From: a virus
Taxonomy: Duplodnaviria; Caudoviricetes
DNA length: 64,000 nucleotides
Reading direction: 5' to 3' (one strand)
IMG/VR virus record: IMGVR_UViG_3300046615_000588
Location: 37,396-101,395 of that record
In this document: positions 45,251 to 56,600 of the stretch, one piece after another
How positions within the stretch are numbered: position 1 is the first letter of the stretch
How the letters are laid out: each line of letters starts with the position of its first letter
Program-made: the position numbers and the translations under genes
Notes under the pieces: generated by a model
Told to the model about the DNA's origin: nothing
Databases searched by the model: none
The model's input: only the letters and a program-made list of their open reading frames with translations

Positions 45251-45574
45251 ATGGCCAACATGAAAAACTATTGCGCCCCGTCGTCGAACGGGCAATGCAG
45301 CTGCCGCAAGTTCGGCGCCGATCCGAATAACTGCGAGCATGGCGCCAGGGGGGCAAGCGAAGTTATCGAACAGCTGCAAGAGCGGGAAATCGCCGCCCTC
45401 CGTGCAGTTCTCCAGGCGCAGCAGGACGCGCTGCAAAAAGCCATTCACGTTATCGAAGACATACTGATGGCCGACGACGGGCAAGCATGGAAAGAGGCAC
45501 GGCGCGTGCTACCTAAACTGAAATCCGTACTTGAAGTAATCAACCCCATAAGCAACCAAAAGGAGTCACCATGA
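45251..45574 (+). CDS. Hypothetical protein
   Basis: In-operon ORF. Confidence 0.55.
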   Translation: MANMKNYCAPSSNGQCSCRKFGADPNNCEHGARGASEVIEQLQEREIAALRAVLQAQQDALQKAIHVIEDILMADDGQAWKEARRVLPKLKSVLEVINPISNQKESP

Positions 45575-45759
45575 ACAAGAACGAATTTGACATGGAAAAG
45601 ATCGACGCACTGCCGGTCTTTGACCCGGCCGACCACCTCAGCAGTGATTCAGCTATCGTTGCGTTTCTGACCGATTTTGTTGGCGAGGAAAATCCGGTGC
45701 TACTGAGGGCTGCGATTGAAAACGTCGCTCGGGCGCTGGCGCAGCGCACGACTAAATGA
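45571..45759 (+). CDS. Truncated addiction-module antidote-like protein (no HTH)
   Basis: FDPADHLSSDSAIVAFL...NP.LL.AAI.NVARA then stop; AAGGAG SD. Confidence 0.7.
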   Translation: MNKNEFDMEKIDALPVFDPADHLSSDSAIVAFLTDFVGEENPVLLRAAIENVARALAQRTTK

Positions 45760-45971
45760 GCGCAGCAAGCCGGCTGCTCGAACCGGGCGCGATGGTGACC
45801 ACCGATTTCTCGGGGCGCGTCACCACCCACAAAATCATGTTGCGCTATGCGGGCCGTTGCCAGAGCGGTATCCTGTTCGAGGTGCACCCGCCGGTGCCCA
45901 AGTCGAATAACCGGGGCATCTGCGCCGACTGGTTCGAGCCGGCCGAGAGCGGCCAGGCCCCACTGTTTTAA
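45756..45971 (+). CDS. Hypothetical protein
   Basis: ATGA-coupled; CQSG...V.PPVP...I.ADWF pattern. Confidence 0.6.
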   Translation: MSAASRLLEPGAMVTTDFSGRVTTHKIMLRYAGRCQSGILFEVHPPVPKSNNRGICADWFEPAESGQAPLF

Positions 45972-46027
45972 CCAATTGCACACCCGCCGCCGCGCCGGGA
46001 GCAGCGCGGCACCACCAGGAGACCGCA

Positions 46028-46306
46028 ATGGAACAACAAGCACCAGCAACCCAGGCCAACAACCCCGGCGAGATCGACACCTTGGCCGAGATCGATGCCG
46101 TGGGCGCAACGCTGCTCGCGCTGCACGACAAGATCGACGCCGAATGCAACGACAACTACCAGGCGCTGGGCGGCTTTAACGCCAGCACCACGCCAGAGCT
46201 GGACACCGCCTACGCCGCCTGCGAAGCGATCAGCGAGGCCAAGCGCAACCTGCAAACCGGCCTGATGTGGCTCCGGCGCGCTGTGGTGAAACCTTCCGGC
46301 TTCTAA
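46028..46306 (+). CDS. Acb2-like anti-CBASS nucleotide sponge (divergent)
   Basis: EIDxxxxIxxxG helix and C-terminal AKRNLQTGLMWLRRAVVKPSGF; 92 aa; AGGAG SD. Confidence 0.7.
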   Translation: MEQQAPATQANNPGEIDTLAEIDAVGATLLALHDKIDAECNDNYQALGGFNASTTPELDTAYAACEAISEAKRNLQTGLMWLRRAVVKPSGF

Positions 46307-46744
46307 TCACCCTTCGGCCTCGAAGGTCTTGCGTTCCAGCGCGCGCCGAATCGTTAGGCCCTTGATCGGGCGCCCGCCTGCCTTGTTCCACTTCGGGAAT
46401 TCCGCGGCCGCCCCGTTCCAGTTGCGCGATCGGCACTTGCGGCGCAAGGTCGAGGCCGCAAGGGCGCCCAGCCCCAGGTTGTACGCAAACGAGGTGACGG
46501 CCGCCAGCCGGTGCGGGTACGGCGCCAGCTCGGGACACAACTGCAGCACGCGCAGCATGAAGCCGCCGGCCTCGCTCGCCAGCAGCAGGTCGCATTGCGA
46601 CTGCGTCTTGACCATGCCCGGCCTGACCCCCTTGGTCGAGCCGAAACAGATGGTCCACACGCCGACGATATCGCGGTAGGCCTTAAGTCGGCAGCCCTCG
46701 AAGGCGCGGATCAAGCGCAGCGCCAGTTCCAGCGCCCCCGTCAT
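46307..46744 (-). CDS. Endolysin, GH24 lysozyme
   Basis: FEG.RLKAYRD..GVWTI catalytic E/D/T; SFAYNLG; GL..RR..E. Confidence 0.92.
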   Translation of the reverse strand: MTGALELALRLIRAFEGCRLKAYRDIVGVWTICFGSTKGVRPGMVKTQSQCDLLLASEAGGFMLRVLQLCPELAPYPHRLAAVTSFAYNLGLGALAASTLRRKCRSRNWNGAAAEFPKWNKAGGRPIKGLTIRRALERKTFEAEG

Positions 46745-47226
46745 TTAATGTGCCCGTTCTGGCGGTCCAGCGTCCTTCCAACAAACCAAAAAGACAACAA
46801 ACCTGACAGTAGCGCGCGGTCTTCATCGTCATACACCTTGACGATCGCGTCCCAGCCGGACACGCCATGCTGCACTGCCAGCACGAACATGGCCACCTTT
46901 GACAGCGCGTACAGCATCAGCAGGAAGTAGGTCGTTACCGGCCGCACCAGGAAGTTGAGCGTGTCGACCAGCCTGTTGCCGGTGACCTGCATCTGGCCCT
47001 TGAGTGCTTCCGACAGCGCGTTCAGCTCGGCCACGTTCATGTCGGCCTGTCCCTGCGTGGTGATTTCCTCCTGGCGCATGGTCGAGCGGGTCTTCTCCAG
47101 CTCGGCCTGCTTGTCCAGCATCGCCAGCTCGTGCGCGTTATCCGTTCGTTTGTTGAAGAAGGCCACCACTTCCGGCAGCAGGCGCATCAGGCCGCCGCCC
47201 AAGCTCATCAAGAGGGTCAGGAACAT
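46741..47226 (-). CDS. Holin-like membrane protein
   Basis: Hydrophobic segments, VRP..TY and FWFVGR motifs; coupled to the lysozyme. Confidence 0.7.
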   Translation of the reverse strand: MFLTLLMSLGGGLMRLLPEVVAFFNKRTDNAHELAMLDKQAELEKTRSTMRQEEITTQGQADMNVAELNALSEALKGQMQVTGNRLVDTLNFLVRPVTTYFLLMLYALSKVAMFVLAVQHGVSGWDAIVKVYDDEDRALLSGLLSFWFVGRTLDRQNGHIK

Positions 47227-47246
47227 GCGATTTCTCCTTGGGCAGA

Positions 47247-47561
47247 TTATTTATTACGTTGTTCCACGCGCAGGCGTTCCAGCATGTCCAGACGCACCTG
47301 GATGCTGTCGATGCTGCGCTCGCAGATAAACAGCTTGTCGCGCATCGTGTCGATGCGGGTGTCGCGGTCGTCCAGGCGCTTTTCCGTCTTGGCGTTGGAG
47401 ACGATCAGCTGGTCCAATTTGCTGCTCTGCCCGGCAATATTCCACAGCGTCACAGCCAGGGTCAGCAGGATCGATCCGCCAGACGACAACAGCCAGTGCA
47501 ACGGCACGGCCATGCGCCGGTCACCATTGATACGAATTTCTTGCGATGGCGAATTGGGCAT
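47247..47561 (-). CDS. Single-TM coiled-coil protein (lysis-associated)
   Basis: AAGGAGG SD; one TM helix; precedes the holin. Confidence 0.65.
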   Translation of the reverse strand: MPNSPSQEIRINGDRRMAVPLHWLLSSGGSILLTLAVTLWNIAGQSSKLDQLIVSNAKTEKRLDDRDTRIDTMRDKLFICERSIDSIQVRLDMLERLRVEQRNK

Positions 47562-47628
47562 GACAATCCTCCTTGGAACGGGCAAAGCCCCCGTAGCACC
47601 GGGAGCGGGGATGCACCGGCGCGGCCGG

Positions 47629-50600
47629 TTACGGGGTCTCGTCGGCGAAGGCGCCGGCGGCGCGCGCATCGCGGCGCGACTTCGGCAAGAAGATGCCTTC
47701 CTTGGCCTGCGCCACATGCTGCATGTGCAGGCGCACGCTATGCTGCAGGTGCAGCGGCGCTATCATGCGGGTCGGGTGCAGCGCATTGAATGCCTGGATC
47801 GCCTGCAAGGTGGCCGCCGGGTCTTCCTGCCGCATGACGTGGTGCGCATACTCAGTCATCAGCTGCTGACGGCGCTGCTGCAAGGCCTTGTCGGTCTGGT
47901 AGATCGCGCTTTTCCCGGCCTGCGCCTCACGGCCGCGGCTCGGCGAAAAGCCGAGGAACTGGCCGGCATCCTCGGCCAGCGTGGTCTCGGGCAGCAGCTC
48001 GATGCCGGTGCGGTCCTTGATCCCCTCCTGGGCGTAGCGCAGGGTTTTCAACGGCCCGCGCAGGAACGCCGGCATCATTTCCTCCAGCCCGCGCTGCCAG
48101 TCGCCGTTGTGAGCAATGGTGTACATGCCCTTGGACGCATTCACGACCATGCCGGCTACCGGCCCCAGCAACCCGGTCATGTACGACTCGGCCAGCGGTG
48201 CACCGGCCAGCCCTTCCTGCACGTCCGGTAGCAGCAGCGAATTGAGCCCGACGCGCGCGGAAATGTCCCACGGCGTCAGGCGCGACAGGCCATGCGCCAG
48301 CACTTCGCCGGCCTTGTCGCCGAAGGCGTCGGCCATCAGGTTGCGCAGCGCGATCTCGGCGTCCCACGGCTCGTCGTCCGAACCGCCGATCATCGAAGCG
48401 GCGGCCAGCAACGTGCCCACCACCGGCAGGCCCAGCACGCCAGCGGCCAGCGCGTGGGTCGTCAGCAGGCCGGCGATGGTCTTGGCGGCCTGGCGATCGC
48501 CCTTGACCGCGCGCACCGCGTTGCGGGTGAAGGTGTAGATCATGTTCTGCGCGTATTGCTTAAATAGCAACACAACCCGCGCCACGTCTCCCTGCATCAC
48601 GCGCGCGCGATTGCCCGACGAATAATCGAAGTGCGCCGCGTTGGTGTCCTGCACCGAAGCAGCGTAGGCGGCGTCGTGGTCCATGCCCTGCTCGCGGGCC
48701 AGCCGGTATGACGCCAGCGCTGTGGCCTGGCGGTTGAAGCGTTCGGCGTGGTGGAACATGAACGACGCCGTTTTCAGCACCGTGCCCATGGCGCCGTGCA
48801 GCGCGCTGTCGTGGCCGGCGGCGATGCTGGTCAGGTCGTGCGCCAAGGTCACATCCACCAGCCCCGACTTGATCCAGCCCTCATAGGCGCGCAGCTCGTC
48901 GCCGGTAAGGACCTTGCCCATGTCGTTGTGGCCGCGCACCGCGTCCTGCGAGGCGGCGGTCAGCGCCGAGGCGGCCTTGCCGAAGCCGTAGCGCCCGCCC
49001 AGGATCGGATAGGCCACCAGCGCCGTCTGCGTTAGGTTGACCGCCGCCGACGCCGGCGACAGGCCGAGGTAGAACACGAAGCCGACCGAGGTCAGCCAGT
49101 TCGACAGCTTATTGTTTTTCGGGTTCAAATACAGGTCGTGGCGCTTGACCATTTCATCAACCACCTGCTGCGCCTTGACCGCATCGTAGCCGGCGTCCTG
49201 GTTGTGCGCGTTGACGTAGTGCTGCATGTCGTCGATCGCCTGTGCCAGCTGGTCGGCGTAGTTCAGCTTGGCCAGGTAGCGCGCGCCGTGGAACATGTGG
49301 TTGGCGAACGCGCGGCGTGCGTCCTGCGAGAAGCCGGGCGTGCCCTTGCGGTGGATGCCGTGCTTGGCCCACGACAGGTCAGGCAAGGACGTCAGGTACA
49401 GCTGGTTGATCGCGTCCTGCAGGGACGGGTCCATGCCGGTGGTCTTGAACAGATTGAACATTTGCTGCAGGAAGCCACGCCCCACCGAATCGCGCGCCGC
49501 GTTGTACTCGGCGCGCAGGGTCACCTGCGCCACCTGGTAGCCCCGCTCCGGCGGGTACTGCTTGATCAGCTCGGCGCGCAGGGCCTGCGCCTCGCCCATG
49601 GTTTCGGCGAAGTGGATCGCCTCGCGCGCCTGCCCCATGGCCGGGTTCGGGTTGACCCCGCGCCAGTTCACCTGCACCATGTAGTCGCCGAAGCGCGCCA
49701 GCGGGAAGTAGATGCCCTTGATCTTGCCGAAGAACTCAGCATCCATGCGCGCCAGCATCGCGGCGCGGTTCGGGTTGCCGGCCAGGGCGCGGTCGATGCG
49801 CTGGTGCACGGCTTCCCGCACCGCGGCGTAGTGCTTCTCATAGGCGTTGGAGGCCTCGGTGAAGACCGCCTTGGCGCCCGGTGACAGCGCCTCGTAGCGG
49901 GCGCGCAGTTCGGTGTAGTTGGTCTTGATGTCGCCCATCACGTACTTCTTGCGCGGGTCGATCTGGTACAGGGTCGCGTCGTGCATCAGTTCGGCCAGCG
50001 CCTGGTGGTCCTTCAGCTTGCCCCAATCGGTGGCGATGGTGTCGGCCTGCGCGCTGGTGTCGTGTTTCTCGGCGTCCATCCGCATGGCCAGCTTGTTGTA
50101 CAGCGCCATCAGGTTGTCCTTGATCCCTTGCGGGAACAGGTGGCCGTACACCTCGACCAGCTGCTGGCGGCCGAGGAACTGCAACGCTATCCGGCCGTAA
50201 TCGACCAGTTTGTTCTTGATGCTGGTGACGGTCAGTGCTTTGATGGTTGATCCCACCTGGCGCGAGATATCGGACGGGCTGCGCGAGAACAGGATATTCG
50301 GGTTGGTCGGGTCGAAGTTGCCATTGTTGCCGGTGGCGGATTTTATCTGCCCTGGCTCGAAGGCGATAAAGACATCGCCTTCGAGCTTGTCGATCTTGTC
50401 GCCGTAGATGGCAACGCCGTCGTACCCCTCATCGAGGGCCGCCTGACGGAATTGCTCTACCCCGCCCTCTCGTTCAACGGCAGCGCGGAAAGCCTTGATC
50501 GCACCCTGTTGTTCATCACCTTGGAAGGTAATCGGGCGCTGGATTGACAAGTAGGAGGGCATAATAGTACTGCCGTACTTGCTGGCCGAGTCAGCATTGC

Positions 50601-53600
50601 TGCTGAACCAGCTGCCAATGGTGTCGAGTTTCAGCCCGCCCCTGTTGTCGGCCTCCTGCCCCCGGTCGAACACATTGAAATCTCGGTAAGTGCCGTGATA
50701 CACCACCAGCGGCTTGCCGTTCCCGTCCACCACCTTGCTGTCGCGGAACCAGCGCTGGAAGGCGTCCGTGTCCTGTTGCTGGCGCGCGAACAGCGGCAGG
50801 CCGGCCTGCGCCTTCTCGCGCAGGGAGTCGCTGATGGCGAAGCCGGGTTGCTCGGTGGTCCCGTATCCCGGCTGAAGCATGCCAAGCCGGCGCGCGCGCT
50901 CGATTCCAGGGCGTTCGGCATCGCTGGCGGTATCAACACGGATGGTCCCGACCTTGCCGCCGCCGAGCTTTTTCAGCACGTCGTTGACCACGTTCGGCAC
51001 GATCTGGTCGTAGAAAGTTTTCATGCCTTCGCCGCCGACGCGCAGATCGGCACCGCTATAGGTCTGGTCCACCGGCTCATCGAGAACCGCCTTGCTCAGC
51101 GGCTTACCGTCCGGCACCACCTGCATGTCATACGCGCGGGCAATCTCCTGTGCCATCCGAAGCTGGTATTTTTTGCCGTCAAACGGCATGCCATCGGCGG
51201 ACTGCACGCGGTACATTTGCACGCCAGCCCGCTTGGCCGCATCCTTGGCCGCCAGGTCGGCGACGGCGCGCTGCCCCAGCTCCTGGCCAATGAAGTCCGC
51301 CAGCCCGGCGGCGTCAACACCGGCGCGCTCGGTCAGACGCTGCGGGGATTCGTCGTCAACCGCGCCGAATACGCTGTAACGACCGTCAGGGCGCAGCAGC
51401 ACGCGGATCTCACGCACATGCTTTTCAAGGCTATAGCGCTCGACCGACTGCTGGCCGTTGACGAAGGCCACCTTGTCGTAGCCGTTTTGCGCCGCGTAGG
51501 CGATCATGCGCTTGACCGCCAGCGACAGCCACGCCTCGGTCTTGCCGACGAACGGGGCGCGTTTGATGCCCTTGTCCTTGGCCGCCAGGGCTTCCTGCGC
51601 GCTGTTCGCGGCGATCAGCGCGTCGCTGGCGGCCCCGACCACTTGTAGCTGGGCGCTTTTATGATCCAGCGCCTCGTTGAGATACTTGTTGGCACTGGCC
51701 AGCCTGCCCTGCTCGGTGCGCGGGTCGCGCTCCAGCTTGGCCAGTTGCTCGTTCCAGTGCCGCACGTCGCCCTCGTATTTGGCCAGCATTGAGCGCGCCG
51801 CGTCCAGCGCCAGATCGGCCTCGTTGGCGGCGTCGGCCGCCGCACGCAATTCCTGCGCCGTTGCCGGTGGCCCGGCGAAACCCTTGCGCTTGCCCTGCTG
51901 CCCCCAATCGGACTGCATTTCCTCGATGAACAGCACGCGCTTGCCGTCGGCATCGGTGCGGTCGTTAAAGCGGATATGCGCCAGCACGTTCGGCTCGTTC
52001 CAATGGGCCGAAACGAACATCGGCTGTTTGCGCTTCTCGTCGCGCAGTTCGCTCAGTTGCGCCCGCTCGCCCGGCGTCAGCTGGTCTTCGGTCCAGTTCG
52101 GGTAGGTGATGTTGTTCACAGTATGGGTGCCGTACTTTTCGCTCAACGCATCAATATAGTCGTCAATGGCGAAGTACGACTCCTTGATTGGCAGGGTCAG
52201 CAGCAGCTCGCGGTAGTTGGCGCCGCCCGGCAGCTGGTATTGACCAAACTGGCTGGGTGGCGTGGTATCGGCCGGCAGGCGGTAGGCATCGTTCGCCGCG
52301 CGGTCGCGCTCGGTCATCAATTCCTCCATCTCGTCGCGCGCCTCGTCGTTTTCACGATTGGACAGCGTATGGTCCCAGGCGCGCTGGTTCGCCGCATCGA
52401 TGCGGGGCTGGTACTGGTCGAACACGGCCTTGCGCTGGGCCAAACCTTCCTCGCTGGCCGGTGCCGGTTCGCCCTGCATGGTTTCGCTCACGCGCACGCC
52501 GTTCTCGGCCAGGTAGTTTTGCAGCTGCGCCTTGTCCACCTTTTTCACGCCGGCCTGCGCCTGCAGCAGCAGCCAGTCCAGCACGCCGGACCACTGGATT
52601 TCGTCCTGCTTGACGCCCTGCTGCGAAAACGCGGTGCCCATGATGGTTTCACCCCAATGCAGCGGCGAGGCCGTCTTCATCACCGTCTTGTCGATCTGGC
52701 GCGCCAGCGTCGAGTAGAACACCGGCGCGTGCGCCTCGTCGCGGGCGAACACCGGCATCGCCGGGCCTGCCTCGCCGGTGGCCTTCGCGGCCAGGCTCCT
52801 GCGCGCCTCAGCCAGCAGGTGCGCCAGGTCGGTGTTGCCGTACTCGGCCAGCTTGGCGAAGCCGTGCGCGCGCAGCCAGGCGCGCACCGCGCCGATGAAC
52901 TCGTTGATCTTCTGGCGCAGCACGGTCTTCTTCTCGGCCAGGTGCGCCAGCAGCTCGTCCATCATGATGGCGCGGCGCTGCTCGTCGGTCAGGCTGGTGT
53001 CGGCTTGCAGGCCGGCGGCGTAGTCGTGCAGGTCGATCTTGTTGGCGGCGGCCAGCCGGTACAGGCCGGCACCGCCGCCGATGGCTTTCAGCAGTGCATT
53101 CTGCTTGGCCAGCCACTCGCCGCCAAACAGGCTGGCGGTGGCGGCGTGGCCGTATAATTCGTGGAATATCGTCCTTTCCACTTCCTCCGCCGTGCCATGG
53201 GCCTGCTGCACCACATATACGGTGTTCTCAAAATACACACCCTTGCCAAGATCAAGCTGCTGGCGACGCGCCGCCTCCTGCAAGGCCGGCGGCAAGTCTT
53301 CCATCCCCCGCACTGGCTGGATGGCGATGGGCAGAGCGGCGCCCGCGCGCCGGGCGAAGGCGGCCTGGATGCGCTTGACGACGGCATCCATGGCGCGGTC
53401 GCTGATCGGCTCTGCGTGCTGCGCGACGGCCCCCGCCTGGCCATTCTTGGCACGCGCAAATAGCGGGTCCTCGGCGCGGCGCTTGCGGTCCTCGGCGCGC
53501 CGTTGCAGGCGTGGTTGCGGTTCCGGTCCCGGCTCCCGATCGCCGGTCAAGGTCAATTCCGGGACCGCCGGGGCGCTATTGGCCGCGGCGGCCTGCGGTT

Positions 53601-56600
53601 TTGCCGACAGCTGCCGGATCACTTCTTCCAGGCGCGCCATCTTCTCGTCCAGCTCGGCCTGATGCGCGAATGGCACATCGCGCTTGGGCAGCAATTCAGG
53701 CAACGTTTTTTCGGCGTCGGCGATGCGCTCCTTGGCGGAATGAATGCCGCGGGTGAAGTAATCCGGGCTGGCCCCCTTTTCCAGCTCGATCAATGGCGCG
53801 GCCAGCAACGCAGTGCTGAATTGGCCGTCCTTGCCGTCGCCGGATGCCCCCGCGGCCAGCGTGCTGCCGTCGGCCCGCTGCAAGGCCAAGGTGGCGCCGT
53901 AGAAGCTAAAGTATTGGCTACGACCGACCGTCAATTCGAGCGGCATGCCCAGCATGGTGCCCAGCATGACGCTCTTTTGCTGGCCCTTGGCCAGTCCGTT
54001 GGCCAGATCGGTGGCGCGTTCGGCCGCTACCCGCTGCAGGGCAACCCGCTGCACCAGCGTCTGGCCGTCAACACTGGCCTCGAACATGTCGCCCAGCGCC
54101 GCGTTGACGGCGTCATGCGCGCCGTTCATCGAGGTGGCGCGCTTGGCGCCTACCTTGATGGTGAACTTGGCATTCTCGTCGCCAGCCTGTTGCGCCTGCA
54201 CCGAAGCGCGCACGGCGTCCATCGCCTCCTTGTAGGTTGCATAGGCTTTGCCTTCAACCTGGACCGTGCGCTGGTCCACCGCCGCATGCAGCTCGGCCCA
54301 GGCCTTGTCCAGCGCGTCGACGTCGCGCTGGTAGCTGGCGATGGTCGCCGGCATGGTCTTGAGGGCCTTTTCGGCGTCCTCGATCTGGCTGACCACGCCC
54401 CATTGCTTGCGCGTGTACTGGCGCCGCAGCAGCTCCAGGCGGTCGATGTCGGCCATCAGCTTGACCCGCTCCAGCAGCAGCGGGTCGCCCGAGGCCAGCG
54501 CGGCCAGCTCGGCCATGGATACCGAATCGGCGTCCTCGAACTCCATCGAGAACGCGCCGTCGTAGTTGCGGATGCCGTTGATCGTGCGCAGCTTGGTCGC
54601 GTTCAGGTTCCACATTTTGGCGTCGATGGTGCGCTCGGTGGCATAGGCGAGGATTTCCACCTCGAACTTGTCCATGCCGTACTTCTCCAGCAGCGCGTTG
54701 CCCTGCCGGATGATGCGCCCTTCGCGCTGCTCGATGTCGGACGGCTTCCACGTCACGTCGGCATGGTGCAGCCCCACCAGCCGCTCCTGCACGTTGGTGC
54801 CGGCGCCCATGCGCTGGGTCGAGCCGATCAGCACCCGCACGCGGCCGTCGTTGACGGCATCGAACAGGGCCTGCTTCTGCTCGTCGTTGTTGGCTTCCTG
54901 CACGAAACGGATTTCATTGGCCGGGATGCCGCGCGCGATCAGGTTGTCCTTGATCTGCTGGTAGGCGTTCCAGCCGCCGGCCAGCGCTTGCCGCAGCGCG
55001 TCCATTTCATCCGGGTCGAATGCCTCCAGCTTCTCGCCGATGCGGCGCTGGGCGTCCTCGTCGTCGTCCAGCAGCGCCTGCTCCTGGGCGGCCAGCAGCG
55101 TGTCGTACTCCTTGACCAGCTTGTCGTCGCCCTTCGATTTCGGCACCGAACGGTCGAGGAACACCAACTGCGTGCCGAGATCCGCGTCCCACTTCTTATA
55201 CAGGCGCGTCACCTCGTCGGCGATCTTTTCCAGCTTGCCGCCTGCCTCCTTGCTCGGGTTGCGCGGGTCGATCGCGCGCACATCGAGCGAGACCTTGCGC
55301 GCCCGGTCCATCAGGCGCAGGCGTTCCTTGTTACGGTCATACGGGTCGGCGATGTTCGGCAGACCATCAAACGCGGCCATGATGTGGTCCAGCATGGCCT
55401 GCTGCGCCGCGGTCGGCTGGATCACCACCGACTGGCGGTCGCCGCCCTTGACGCGCGGGATGGGGAATTCGGCGCCGTCGTTGTCCTCGCGGTAGGACTT
55501 CTTGATGTCGTCGTTGCTGACCGCGTCGGTGAAGCCGTAGTACAGGTCCATCAGCGAGCGCATGTTCGACCAGGTGCGCCCCAGCCGGTTGACCTCTTTC
55601 AGGCGGCCGGTCTCGTTCGGTTCCCAGGCGGTGTCGTTCGAGACGTACTGCGCGCGCCAGGCGTCGAAGTGTTCCAGCCCCAGGTCGCGCAGCTCGTCGG
55701 CGGCCAGGTAGCGCATCATGGTGTACATTTCCACCGCGCTGTTGGAGATCGGCGTGCCGGTCATGAAGGTGACGGCGCCCTTGGGCGACTCGCGCAGCAC
55801 GCGCACCTTGTTGTACAGGTCAAAGGCCTTTTGCGAACCGGCCTTGTTGCCCATTCCCTTAACATTTGTTAAACGTGATGAATAAAACAAGTTTTTCATC
55901 TCGTGAGCTTCGTCCACGGTCAGGTCATCGACCCCCATCTGCTCGAAGGTGAGCAACTTGTCCTTGTTTTGGTTGCCCCTGATCTTATCCATGCGCGCGG
56001 TGATCTTGTCGCGCAGGCGTTCGGCTTCCTTGACGCCGAACGGCTTGCGCGTGCTGCCTTGCTGGCTGGGGTCGTCGTCGGCGGCCTGTTGCGCCTCGAT
56101 GATGGCCGCCTCGGCCGTTTCCAGCTCCCGCTCCAGGTAGCGCAGTTCGGTATCGGGGGCGATGCCGATGAAGCCGAACGACGAATGCGGCACGATGATG
56201 ATGTCGTAGTCGCCAGTGGCGATCTTGGCGAACAGCTTGCGGCGGCGGCTTTTTTCAAAATCCTTGTTGCCGGCCGCCAGCACCTTGGCGCCGGGGTACA
56301 GGCGGTAGGTGTCGGCGGTGAACTGCCGGACCATGTGGTTGGGCACCACGATCATCGGCTTTTTCGCCAGCCCCATGCGGCGCCGCTCCATCGCCCGCGC
56401 GATGGCCGTATAGGTTTTCCCAGCTCCGACCGCGTGGTCGATCAGCATGAAGCGCTCGACGATGCCGCGCCAGACGGCGTTCTTCTGGTGGCGCCGCATG
56501 CGGATCACCGCATCGGGCACCTTGCCCGGCAGGACCAGGTGGGAGCCGTCATGCTGGCGTCCGACGCGGGTGTTGAATTTCTCGTTGAAGGTCTCGACCA

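Noticed and set aside
55846-55874. Second dif-like site inside the helicase region
   Set aside because: Arms match only partly and need a 7-bp spacer; kept only as an AT-rich palindrome
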